Under the pieces are notes generated by a model, which was given only the letters and a program-made list of their open reading frames with translations, searched no databases and was not told where the DNA came from. The position numbers and the translations under genes were made by a program. A stretch of DNA of 51,526 nucleotides from Candidatus Woesearchaeota archaeon. Lineage in GTDB: Archaea; Nanobdellota; Nanobdellia; Pacearchaeales; GW2011-AR1. Shown piece by piece: positions 44,557-51,526 of the stretch; the first letter of the stretch is position 1; the number at the start of each line of letters is the position of its first letter. The stretch covers positions 1 to 51,526 of the forward strand of contig CAYOYC010000001.1 of the NCBI GenBank assembly GCA_964408125.1, in the 5' to 3' direction.

Positions 44557-45776
44557 TAACCCCTCAACACCTCCACTGGATTTTGATTGGCTGCCTGTCT
44601 GGCTGGTGCTATCCCAGATATTGCGCCTATTGTAAAACTACCCACAAGAGTTAACCCGATTAACATGAAATCTATATTTGGAGATAAGCTGCCACCCACA
44701 AAACTACCTATACCGACTGTCCCTAGATAACCTATTAGTGTTCCGAAAATTGCTCCTATAATCCCGCCAATTAGTCCAAGCAATCCTGCCTCGATGAAGA
44801 ATTGTAAAAATACCTGGCTATTTTTTGCGCCTATCGCTTTCATTATTCCTATTTCTTTTCTTCTTTCTAAAACAGAAGTCGTCATTGTGTTTACTATTCC
44901 GACTGCCCCAACAAGAATGGAAATAGAAGCTATAATTGCTACAAATACTTGAACTCCGGTTAAAATATCGTCTACCGTCTTCAGCATTGCTTCTGGTGTT
45001 TGAACCTCAAAATCTTCTTCCCCAATTTTAACATCTCTTCTGTCTCTCATTAATTTTTCAATATCTTGCTTGGTTTTATTTAGGGTTTCTTTGCTTTGCG
45101 CCTGGACGACTATAATGTCTGCCTTATTTTTGTCTTCCATAAATTCCTCTAGTTGTTTTTCATTCATGTATATAACATTGTCAAAAATAAAACTTCCTTT
45201 TTTTTTCGTTATCCCCACGACTTCAAACTTTCTTCCATTAATTGTTATCTTATTCCCCACTTCTACTTTCTTTTCAAACCCGGATGATTCATCTGTGAAA
45301 AAATTATATGCTAACATAACTTTATTTGTATCTGAATCTGTAAGCAATCGTCCTTTCTCTATCTCTAATTGTAAATTATCATACACAAATTTTCTATCTT
45401 CCCCATAGGGTGTTTGGATTGAATATTTTATTTGGCGAATATTATTAAAATCCGTCTCTAGGGATATAACATTTCTCCTTATTGCCCTCTTTACACTTGA
45501 TAACTTTTTTATTGCTTCTAAATCCGAAACCGTAAGCGCATTTAGTGCACCACTTCCTGGTGGGCCGTAGGAGTTGAGCCCTCCCGCCTGAACTGTTAAA
45601 ACTTCTGTGCTACTAATCCCAAATTGACTAGAGACAGCAAGTTTAAGTCCTGCACCTAGTGAAATTAGGGCTATAACTGCCGTAACCCCTATAAAAATTC
45701 CCAATAACGTTAACCAACTCCTTACCCCTCTATGTTTAAGATTTTTAAATGCAATAGAAAAATAATCGTTTATCAT
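44556..45776 (-). CDS. ABC transporter permease, FtsX/MacB type
   Basis: Same architecture (IGIMKAIGAKNSQV). The ATG at 45776 (MINDYF) forms an ATGA overlap with the ATPase stop. Confidence 0.85.
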   Translation of the reverse strand: MINDYFSIAFKNLKHRGVRSWLTLLGIFIGVTAVIALISLGAGLKLAVSSQFGISSTEVLTVQAGGLNSYGPPGSGALNALTVSDLEAIKKLSSVKRAIRRNVISLETDFNNIRQIKYSIQTPYGEDRKFVYDNLQLEIEKGRLLTDSDTNKVMLAYNFFTDESSGFEKKVEVGNKITINGRKFEVVGITKKKGSFIFDNVIYMNEKQLEEFMEDKNKADIIVVQAQSKETLNKTKQDIEKLMRDRRDVKIGEEDFEVQTPEAMLKTVDDILTGVQVFVAIIASISILVGAVGIVNTMTTSVLERRKEIGIMKAIGAKNSQVFLQFFIEAGLLGLIGGIIGAIFGTLIGYLGTVGIGSFVGGSLSPNIDFMLIGLTLVGSFTIGAISGIAPARQAANQNPVEVLRG

Positions 45777-46477
45777 CTTTTTCTGGTTACCTTCTCGAGT
45801 TTTCCATCCTTCAACCAATAAACTATTTCTGCATGCTTCAAGGCTTTGTCGGGATCATGAGTAACCATAATAATAGTTTTACCTTCTTTGTGGAGTTTCC
45901 CTAGAAAAGTCATTACAATCTCACCCGTTTTTGTATCTAAGTTTCCCGTTGGTTCGTCTGCCAAAATCACTTCTGGATCATTTGCCAGTGCTCTCGCAAT
46001 CGCAACTCTTTGCTGCTGCCCGCCTGAGAGCTGATTTGGATAATGGTCTTTCCTGTCCCACAATTCAACTAATCTTAAAAGTTCATCTCCCCTTATGTTC
46101 CTTTCAGATTCGCTAACATCTTGGAAAACCATTGGTAAAATTATATTTTCTTTTGCGGTCATGTTTGGGATTAGATTAAAACTTTGAAAAATAAATCCTA
46201 TCTTCTTGCCCCTAATTTGTGCAAGGTCCGATTCGTGAAGTTTGGATATATCTTGTCCATCTAAAAAAATCTTTCCATGCGTTGCGCTGTCTAAACTCCC
46301 AACAAGGTTCATTGCTGTGGATTTTCCACTCCCGCTTGGCCCCATGATAGCAATAAACTGCCCCGCTTTTACTTTTATAGATACTCCGTCAACTGCTTTA
46401 ACTTTACTCTCACCCATATCATAAATCTTAGAAACATTACTTAGTTCGATTACGATATCACCGTCTTTTTTCACCAT
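45773..46477 (-). CDS. ABC transporter ATP-binding protein (MacB/LolD-like)
   Basis: Walker [10 protein letters not shown], signature LSGGQQQR, Walker [12 protein letters not shown]. Confidence 0.92.
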   Translation of the reverse strand: MVKKDGDIVIELSNVSKIYDMGESKVKAVDGVSIKVKAGQFIAIMGPSGSGKSTAMNLVGSLDSATHGKIFLDGQDISKLHESDLAQIRGKKIGFIFQSFNLIPNMTAKENIILPMVFQDVSESERNIRGDELLRLVELWDRKDHYPNQLSGGQQQRVAIARALANDPEVILADEPTGNLDTKTGEIVMTFLGKLHKEGKTIIMVTHDPDKALKHAEIVYWLKDGKLEKVTRKR

Positions 46478-46526
46478 ATCAAATTAAATCCTTTTTATTT
46501 TATAAACTCTTGTATGTTTGTGAAAA

Positions 46527-47363
46527 TTATCTTGTAGATTTCTTCTTTTTATTACGTCTGTAGAAATAATATCCTATCGCTAAAACAATTATTATAATTA
46601 ATGTAGTTGTCCAAGAAAACCCGCCCGAGGAAGGTTTTGTATTTACAAAATATGAAGAATCAAAAACAACTTGTTTTGCGATTGATCTTCTTATCCCTGC
46701 TACATCTGTATAACTAATTAAAATTTGTATTGGCCCATCTGATGGTGAAGCTGTAAAATCAACTGATGTATACTCATTTGCGTCCAAATCTCCTGCTAAA
46801 TTTTTATTTGCTCCAGTTAAAATTATATTTTCCTGCTTTGGGACCTCTACTAGTATTGCCTGAACCTGGCTTTTGCCATAATTTAATATTTCTAAAGAAA
46901 GGGCCTGTGTTGCATAATTATAATCTTTCACAAACAGTTCAAAATTTGCCTGTGAGTCTCCCAGGTTTAAATTAAATTGCTTTAAGATTTTTGCCTGACT
47001 TCCCGAATATGAATATTGTACCTCTATCGGATTATCTCCATCTACCGCATCATTGTCAACCCTAACTTTGTATGTGAGGATAGAGTATGGATTAAAATCT
47101 CTCTTAAATGTGCCTGCATCAATTTCATATTTTGTTGTAGCATTTGGATCAAAAATTATTGGATACTTGCTTAATAACTCGAAGGACACTTTTCCACAAT
47201 CAGAATTTTCTATTCCCTGTAATTGGAATGCAAACTTGACATATTCTCCCTGGGTTGCTGGATACGGGTCTTGGTTTAACAAAACAGGAACAAGATTACA
47301 TGCTTCAGCTGATACAGCTGCTAGGAAAAATAGCACACAAAACATTATCACCAATCTCTTCAT
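46527..47363 (-). CDS. surface-anchored beta-rich protein (signal peptide, C-terminal TM; CARDB/COG1361-like)
   Basis: Signal peptide, two beta-sandwich-like halves, and a C-terminal TM followed by RRNKKKK. First gene of the ABC operon, with a TATA box about 25 nt upstream. Confidence 0.55.
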   Translation of the reverse strand: MKRLVIMFCVLFFLAAVSAEACNLVPVLLNQDPYPATQGEYVKFAFQLQGIENSDCGKVSFELLSKYPIIFDPNATTKYEIDAGTFKRDFNPYSILTYKVRVDNDAVDGDNPIEVQYSYSGSQAKILKQFNLNLGDSQANFELFVKDYNYATQALSLEILNYGKSQVQAILVEVPKQENIILTGANKNLAGDLDANEYTSVDFTASPSDGPIQILISYTDVAGIRRSIAKQVVFDSSYFVNTKPSSGGFSWTTTLIIIIVLAIGYYFYRRNKKKKSTR

Positions 47364-47473
47364 GGTCTGTTTTAGATTGTTTTCTTTTTAAATCTTTTGA
47401 AATATCGTTCTGAAGAATAGAAGTATTTAAAAAGTGATTGTTATAAAATTAATTAATAAAAATTGAGGTAAAA

Positions 47474-47656
47474 ATGGTCGCGAAAAAATGCTGTGTTTAT
47501 TGCAAGGGAGATGTTCCAGAGGAAAGAGCCATGGATGTCTGTGATAGGTGCGGAAGGGCGGTCTGGGGTGAAAAAATGTTTATAGCTATTGTGGAGGGGA
47601 CCAATAGGGAAATGTCTAAGGGCAACATGGAACTCGGAAGAGTAAGTGAATCTTAA
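47474..47656 (+). CDS. 60-aa zinc-ribbon protein
   Basis: CCVYCKG...CDRCG. GAGGT SD lies 6 nt upstream of the ATG. Confidence 0.5.
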   Translation: MVAKKCCVYCKGDVPEERAMDVCDRCGRAVWGEKMFIAIVEGTNREMSKGNMELGRVSES

Positions 47657-47684
47657 TTATTCTATATGAAATTTGAATTAAAAA

Positions 47685-47694
47685 GGTTTAAAAA
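47685..47694 (+). promoter_or_regulatory. TATA box (aaaaGGTTTAAAAAcgg) 26 nt upstream of the ATG at 47716
   Basis: Consensus box. Heads the HPF-like-L21e-RpoF-DUF655-S13-S4-S11-RpoD gene string. Confidence 0.5.
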
Positions 47695-47715
47695 CGGCTT
47701 TTTTGTTTGATTGAA

Positions 47716-48033
47716 ATGGTAGTGGACGCATTTGATAGCAGAATATTGCTTGAAAAATTTGACTGCCTCGATGAACAAGAGATTATAGCGGCTAAAAAGC
47801 TGATTCAAAAATATGCTCAAAAAATCGAAAAAGTAGTAGATTATAAAAAAATCAAACTAGAACTGAGAGTTCATCCAAAAATTAATTCGAGACAGTTCGA
47901 ACTTAATTGTCATTTAGAATATGATGGAGGAATGGTTACTTCGTGTGATCAAAATTCAAACTCATTTATATTAATAGATAAGGTACTTGAAAATATACTT
48001 AAAGAAATACAAAATAAAATCAGAAAAAATTGA
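47716..48033 (+). CDS. candidate ribosome hibernation factor (HPF/RaiA, S30AE-like fold)
   Basis: By-eye alignment to E. coli HPF/RaiA. The alpha1 region is LDEQEIIAAKKLIQKYAQKIEK. The C-terminal half is ELNCHLEYDGGMVTSCDQNSNSFILIDKVLENILKEIQNKIRK versus [40 protein letters not shown]. Not verified by HMM. Confidence 0.4.
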   Translation: MVVDAFDSRILLEKFDCLDEQEIIAAKKLIQKYAQKIEKVVDYKKIKLELRVHPKINSRQFELNCHLEYDGGMVTSCDQNSNSFILIDKVLENILKEIQNKIRKN

Positions 48034-48034
48034 A

Positions 48035-48289
48035 ATGGCAGGAAAAAAAATGAACGTAAGGTCAAGAGGAAAGTTACAACTTAGTGAATACTTTAAGGTC
48101 TTAAAAGTTGGGGATAATGTTGCTGTCGTAACTCAACAAAATATCCCTTCTGCATATCCAAAAAGAATTGTTGGAAAAAGTGGAAAAGTTATAGGGATAA
48201 GGGGAAGGTCCATGAGGATAAAAATAATGGATGGGAATCTAGAAAAAGAATTTATAATTAAACCGATTCATCTTAAGAAACTAAAATGA
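48035..48289 (+). CDS. rpl21e: 50S ribosomal protein L21e (eL21)
   Basis: RSRGKLQLSEYFKVLKVGDNVAVV..., GKSGKVIGIRG..., IKPIHLKKL. Conserved L21e-RpoF-DUF655 neighbourhood. The ATG at 48035 is used. Confidence 0.8.
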   Translation: MAGKKMNVRSRGKLQLSEYFKVLKVGDNVAVVTQQNIPSAYPKRIVGKSGKVIGIRGRSMRIKIMDGNLEKEFIIKPIHLKKLK

Positions 48290-48585
48290 TAAAGGATCAA
48301 AGACCATTAACATACGCTGAAGTTTTAGAATTAGTCGGGGATGGGGAACGGGCAAAAAAGGTAAAAGATTTTATAAAGAAATTTTATAAATTAAAGCCCG
48401 CTGAGTCAAAAAAACTTTTTGAAGAACTGAAGGCATTAGATTTGATGAAGTTAAAAGATGACTATCTTGTTAGCATTGTGAATTTTTTACCGCAAGATGC
48501 CTCTGATTTGATAAAAATATTACCTGATACTTCTTTAGACCAAGAAGAAATAAATAAAATCTTAGACATAGTTAAGAAATATTAA
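48286..48585 (+). CDS. rpoF: DNA-directed RNA polymerase subunit F (Rpo4/RpoF)
   Basis: Small helical protein in the conserved slot after L21e (LTYAEVLELV..., LVSIVNFLPQDASDL). Confidence 0.6.
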   Translation: MIKDQRPLTYAEVLELVGDGERAKKVKDFIKKFYKLKPAESKKLFEELKALDLMKLKDDYLVSIVNFLPQDASDLIKILPDTSLDQEEINKILDIVKKY

Positions 48586-48590
48586 TAAAA

Positions 48591-49127
48591 ATGGAAAAAG
48601 AAGAAATCGCTATTGTCTTAGATTATTTACCTTATGGGTATCCTTTGGAAAATAGGACAATGCCTGTTGTTCAGGCTATAGGAAAAAATAACTTTACCCT
48701 CTTACAATTAGTCCCCCGAAGGGGAGTATCGTTTGAATCACAAGAAGAAGTTTATATCGGAGAGGGGAAGAGGGATAAAATCCAATTCATCCAGGGTAGA
48801 TTATTGAGAGAAAAGTTAACTGAAAGCGCAAAGGTACAATTGGCGGAAGTTATTGCAAAGACCGTAATGGGAAAAGAATCACAATTTGTGGATTTTTTCA
48901 ATAAAGCACAAGCTATAAATACCCGTCTTCACCAACTTGAATTACTTCCGGGATTCGGAAAAAAGCATTGTCAATCGGTTCTCGACGAGAGAGACAAAAA
49001 ACCCTTTGAATCAATAGCTGAAATAAAAACTAGAGTATCTGGAATACCTGACCCTCAAAAAGCAATAGAAAAAAGGATTTTTGAGGAATTAACAGAAATA
49101 CAGAGACAAAATTTATTTATAAGATGA
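48591..49127 (+). CDS. DUF655 domain protein (putative RNA-binding, HhH)
   Basis: IVLDYLPYGYP..., LPGFGKKHCQSVLDER; conserved neighbourhood. Confidence 0.75.
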   Translation: MEKEEIAIVLDYLPYGYPLENRTMPVVQAIGKNNFTLLQLVPRRGVSFESQEEVYIGEGKRDKIQFIQGRLLREKLTESAKVQLAEVIAKTVMGKESQFVDFFNKAQAINTRLHQLELLPGFGKKHCQSVLDERDKKPFESIAEIKTRVSGIPDPQKAIEKRIFEELTEIQRQNLFIR

Positions 49128-49693
49128 GCGAAGAAAAACAAATAGAAAAGGAAAAAGCGAAGGACGAAGCAAAAAAGGTAAATCCACATTTGCAAAAGCC
49201 AGAAGAATACGTAAAGTTAGTTAGAATTCTACAAAAGGACATAAGGGGAGACAAAAAACTCTATAGGGGAATTTGTGATATAAAAGGAATTTCTTGGATA
49301 TTCTCTAACGCTGTTTGTACGTTGTTAAAAATAGATAGAAATAAAAAAATTCAAGATTTGACTCCGGAAGAAATTGAGAAAGTTGAAAAATTCATCGAGA
49401 ATCCTGTAGGTATCCCTAGCTTCTTGTTTAATAGAAGAAATGACCGAGACGACGGAGCCGACAAGCACGTTTATGGAGCCGACTTACACCTACAAACTGA
49501 TTTTGATATTAAACGATTAAAGAAAATAAAAGCATACAAGGGAATTAGACATACACTTGGACAGCCAGTGAGGGGACAAAGAACAAAATCACACTTTAGA
49601 AAAAATAAAAATAAAAACGGTAGCGGAACTGTAAATGCAAAACCTACAGCAAAGGCGAAGGCACCTGCACCAAAGAAGGGGGCTAAGAAATAA
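49124..49693 (+). CDS. rps13: 30S ribosomal protein S13 (uS13) with terminal K-rich extensions
   Basis: VRILQKDIRGDKKLYRGICDIKGIS, IKAYKGIRHTLGQPVRGQRTKS. Confidence 0.9.
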   Translation: MSEEKQIEKEKAKDEAKKVNPHLQKPEEYVKLVRILQKDIRGDKKLYRGICDIKGISWIFSNAVCTLLKIDRNKKIQDLTPEEIEKVEKFIENPVGIPSFLFNRRNDRDDGADKHVYGADLHLQTDFDIKRLKKIKAYKGIRHTLGQPVRGQRTKSHFRKNKNKNGSGTVNAKPTAKAKAPAPKKGAKK

Positions 49694-50178
49694 TGGGAGA
49701 TATTAGAAGAAAACATAATTTACATTCTAGACCAAAGAAAGCATTTGATTCCAATAGGATCGCAGCTGAAAATGATATAAAAAGAAATTACGGATTAAAA
49801 AATAAAAAAGAAATATGGAAGGCGTCTGCAAGAGTTTCAGAGTTAAGAACTAGAGCAAAGAAGTTAATCCCTCAGGGCGATGAGGTGAAAAAAGAATTCT
49901 TTGAAAGATTACAAAGAATAGGCTTGGACGTAAAAGAAATTTCTGATGTTTTAGCGTTGACAAATGAAGCAATATTGAATAGAAGATTACAGACTTTTGT
50001 TTTTAAGAAAGGGCTTGCAAAAACTGTTTTGGAAGCAAGACAATTAATCACACACAAAAATGTATTTGTTGATGGAAGAATTGTAAATATCCCATCATTC
50101 GTTGTAACAAAAGATTTAGAAAATAAAATTAGCTTGAAAGCTAGGCCATTAAAAGCTGAGGAAAAATCAAATGAGTAA
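49693..50178 (+). CDS. rps4: 30S ribosomal protein S4 (uS4)
   Basis: GDIRRKHN..., YGLKNKKEIWKA, and an S4 domain LITHKNVFVDGRIVNIPSFVV. Confidence 0.9.
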   Translation: MGDIRRKHNLHSRPKKAFDSNRIAAENDIKRNYGLKNKKEIWKASARVSELRTRAKKLIPQGDEVKKEFFERLQRIGLDVKEISDVLALTNEAILNRRLQTFVFKKGLAKTVLEARQLITHKNVFVDGRIVNIPSFVVTKDLENKISLKARPLKAEEKSNE

Positions 50179-50557
50179 AGAAACTGTAAAAACTGGAATA
50201 GTAAACATTTATAGCACTTTTAATAATACAGTTGCGCAACTGACAGATATGGCCGGAAATACTATTGCTAAAATATCTGGTGGAATAATTACAAAACAAG
50301 ATAGATTAAAGGCGAATCCAACTATATCTATGTTTATTGCAAAAAGACTAAAGGAGATTGCAAGAGATTATGAAATAACCGCTTTATATGTTAGAGTCAG
50401 GGGACAAACAACAAGTACTGGGCCGGGACCAGGTGCACACGCTTTAGTAAAAACACTCTCAAAGGAAGGGTTTAGAATAATTAGTATCGCTGACATAACA
50501 AGAGTTCCTCGTGGCGGACCAAAGAAAGGCGGCGGACGTAGGGGTAGAAGAGTTTAA
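50171..50557 (+). CDS. rps11: 30S ribosomal protein S11 (uS11)
   Basis: GIVNIYSTFNNTVAQLTDMAGN, GPGPGAHALVKTLSKEGFRI, PRGGPKKGGGRRGRRV. Confidence 0.92.
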   Translation: MSKETVKTGIVNIYSTFNNTVAQLTDMAGNTIAKISGGIITKQDRLKANPTISMFIAKRLKEIARDYEITALYVRVRGQTTSTGPGPGAHALVKTLSKEGFRIISIADITRVPRGGPKKGGGRRGRRV

Positions 50558-50581
50558 AAATAAAATTTACAACGTACAAAT

Positions 50582-51289
50582 ATGAAAAAAATAATAAAAA
50601 CGGATGAAAAGATTGTATTTACAACAGATATGAGCTTGACTCTAGCTAATGCTATTAGAAGAAGTGTTAATGAAGTACCCATCTTGGCAATAGAAGAAAT
50701 TGATATTTACAAGAATGATTCTGCTTTATATGACGAGGTTTTAGCTCATAGAATGGCATTAGTTCCATTAAAAAATCAAAAAGTGAAGGAAGGTGATTTT
50801 GTTGAATTGAAGTTAAGCGTTAAGGCGAATAACAAAAAGATTGATGTTTTGTCTGGCGATTTCGGAGAAATGTCTGTTTATGAAGGATTACCATTAACTA
50901 TCTTAGAAAAAGATCAAGAGGTTGAAGTGGTCGCTAAAGCTAAACAGGGAAGAGGGGTTGAACATTCTAAGTTTTCACCTGGATTTATTTATTATAGAAT
51001 ATTAAACGAAATAAAAATAGAAAAAGAAGCAGAGAAAAAACAAGAACTTGCAAGTCTATATCCTGAAGCTTTTACTGTTGAGGCTGGAAAATTAAAGGTT
51101 AAAAACGATTGGGCATTTGATTTAGAAGTTGAGGATTTAAAAGAATTTGATGGCATAAAAGTTACTCCTACAAATGAAATAGTGTTTTTTGTTGAATCTT
51201 GGAAGCAAATAGACGCAGACGAATTATTTGATAGTGCTGTGAAAGCGTTAAATAAGAATCTAGATGAAGTAGCGAAGACGTTAAAGTAG
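50582..51289 (+). CDS. rpoD: DNA-directed RNA polymerase subunit D (Rpo3/RpoD)
   Basis: LANAIRRSVNEVPILAIEEIDIYKNDSALYDEVLAHRMALVPL; follows S11. Confidence 0.88.
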   Translation: MKKIIKTDEKIVFTTDMSLTLANAIRRSVNEVPILAIEEIDIYKNDSALYDEVLAHRMALVPLKNQKVKEGDFVELKLSVKANNKKIDVLSGDFGEMSVYEGLPLTILEKDQEVEVVAKAKQGRGVEHSKFSPGFIYYRILNEIKIEKEAEKKQELASLYPEAFTVEAGKLKVKNDWAFDLEVEDLKEFDGIKVTPTNEIVFFVESWKQIDADELFDSAVKALNKNLDEVAKTLK

Positions 51290-51379
51290 ATATTTCCTTT
51301 ATAATTTGTGGTGTTTGGTTGTTTGTTTGTGTTTTAAACAGCGATAGTTTTTTAAGTGATATTAGTGTGAATTTTTTAC

Positions 51380-51462
51380 GGGGAGATGCCGGAGTGGTCA
51401 AACGGGCGACGTTAAGGCCGTCGTAGCTTACGCTTACAGGGGTTCGAGTCCTCTTCTCCCCA
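51380..51462 (+). tRNA. tRNA-Leu with anticodon AAG (A at wobble position 34)
   Basis: Acceptor GGGGAGA/TCTCCCC, 3-bp D stem, anticodon stem CGACG/CGTCG with a 7-nt loop TTAAGGC. Long variable arm, T arm AGGGG-TTCGAGT-CCTCT, discriminator A. A TATA-like box is centred about 28 nt upstream. Confidence 0.85.
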
Positions 51463-51526
51463 TAGGGAAAAGATAAATCAAAAGCTTTATAAAAGCAGTT
51501 TAGTAGTAATTTTTATCCTGCGAGCT

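Noticed and set aside
51290-51345. The G/T-rich low-complexity tract (gtggtgtttggttgtttgtttgtgtttt) after rpoD, considered as a repeat element.
   Set aside because: It is short and degenerate, with no second copy in the window. It is most simply a T-rich terminator region between rpoD and the tRNA-Leu promoter.

Overview
A+T-rich archaeal chromosome segment. Archaea-specific genes (L32e, L19e, S4e, L21e, Rpo3/4/10, aSUI1, P0/P1) and a pared-down gene order suggest a small-genome, DPANN-like archaeon; that assignment is inference only. Three translation and transcription blocks dominate. They are L1-P0-P1 (1.8-3.7 kb), the ribosomal superoperon L3 to L15 plus SecY and a DUF106/YidC-like gene (9.6-23.0 kb), and L21e-RpoF-DUF655-S13-S4-S11-RpoD (47.7-51.3 kb). 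Between them lie an N-glycosylation locus (25.1-38.3 kb), SecF-SecD, a compact RNA-gene cluster (41.2-43.05 kb) and a MacB-type ABC operon headed by a surface-anchored beta-rich protein. The glycosylation locus holds a GT4 phosphosugar transferase, an AglB/STT3 split into two coupled ORFs, and a very A+T-rich island of GT8, GT10 and GT2 transferases and methyltransferases. It also holds two sequon-dense secreted proteins and a flippase. The RNA cluster holds an intron-containing tRNA-Gly, tRNA-Leu, an orphan tRNA 5' fragment, a LAGLIDADG endonuclease ORF running into tRNA-Arg, and 5S rRNA. Most worth a second look: the tRNA-fragment/endonuclease/tRNA-Arg arrangement; the split oligosaccharyltransferase and its glycan island with a Helicobacter-like fucosyltransferase; a 66-codon ORF wedged between P0 and P1; a bacterial-type HPF/RaiA-like gene heading a ribosomal operon; a tRNA-Leu with A34; and a very regular TATA-to-start spacing that implies leaderless mRNAs and possibly leaderless tRNAs. 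No CRISPR array or recognisable defence system was seen. All calls rest on reading the sequence and translations; no database search was run.
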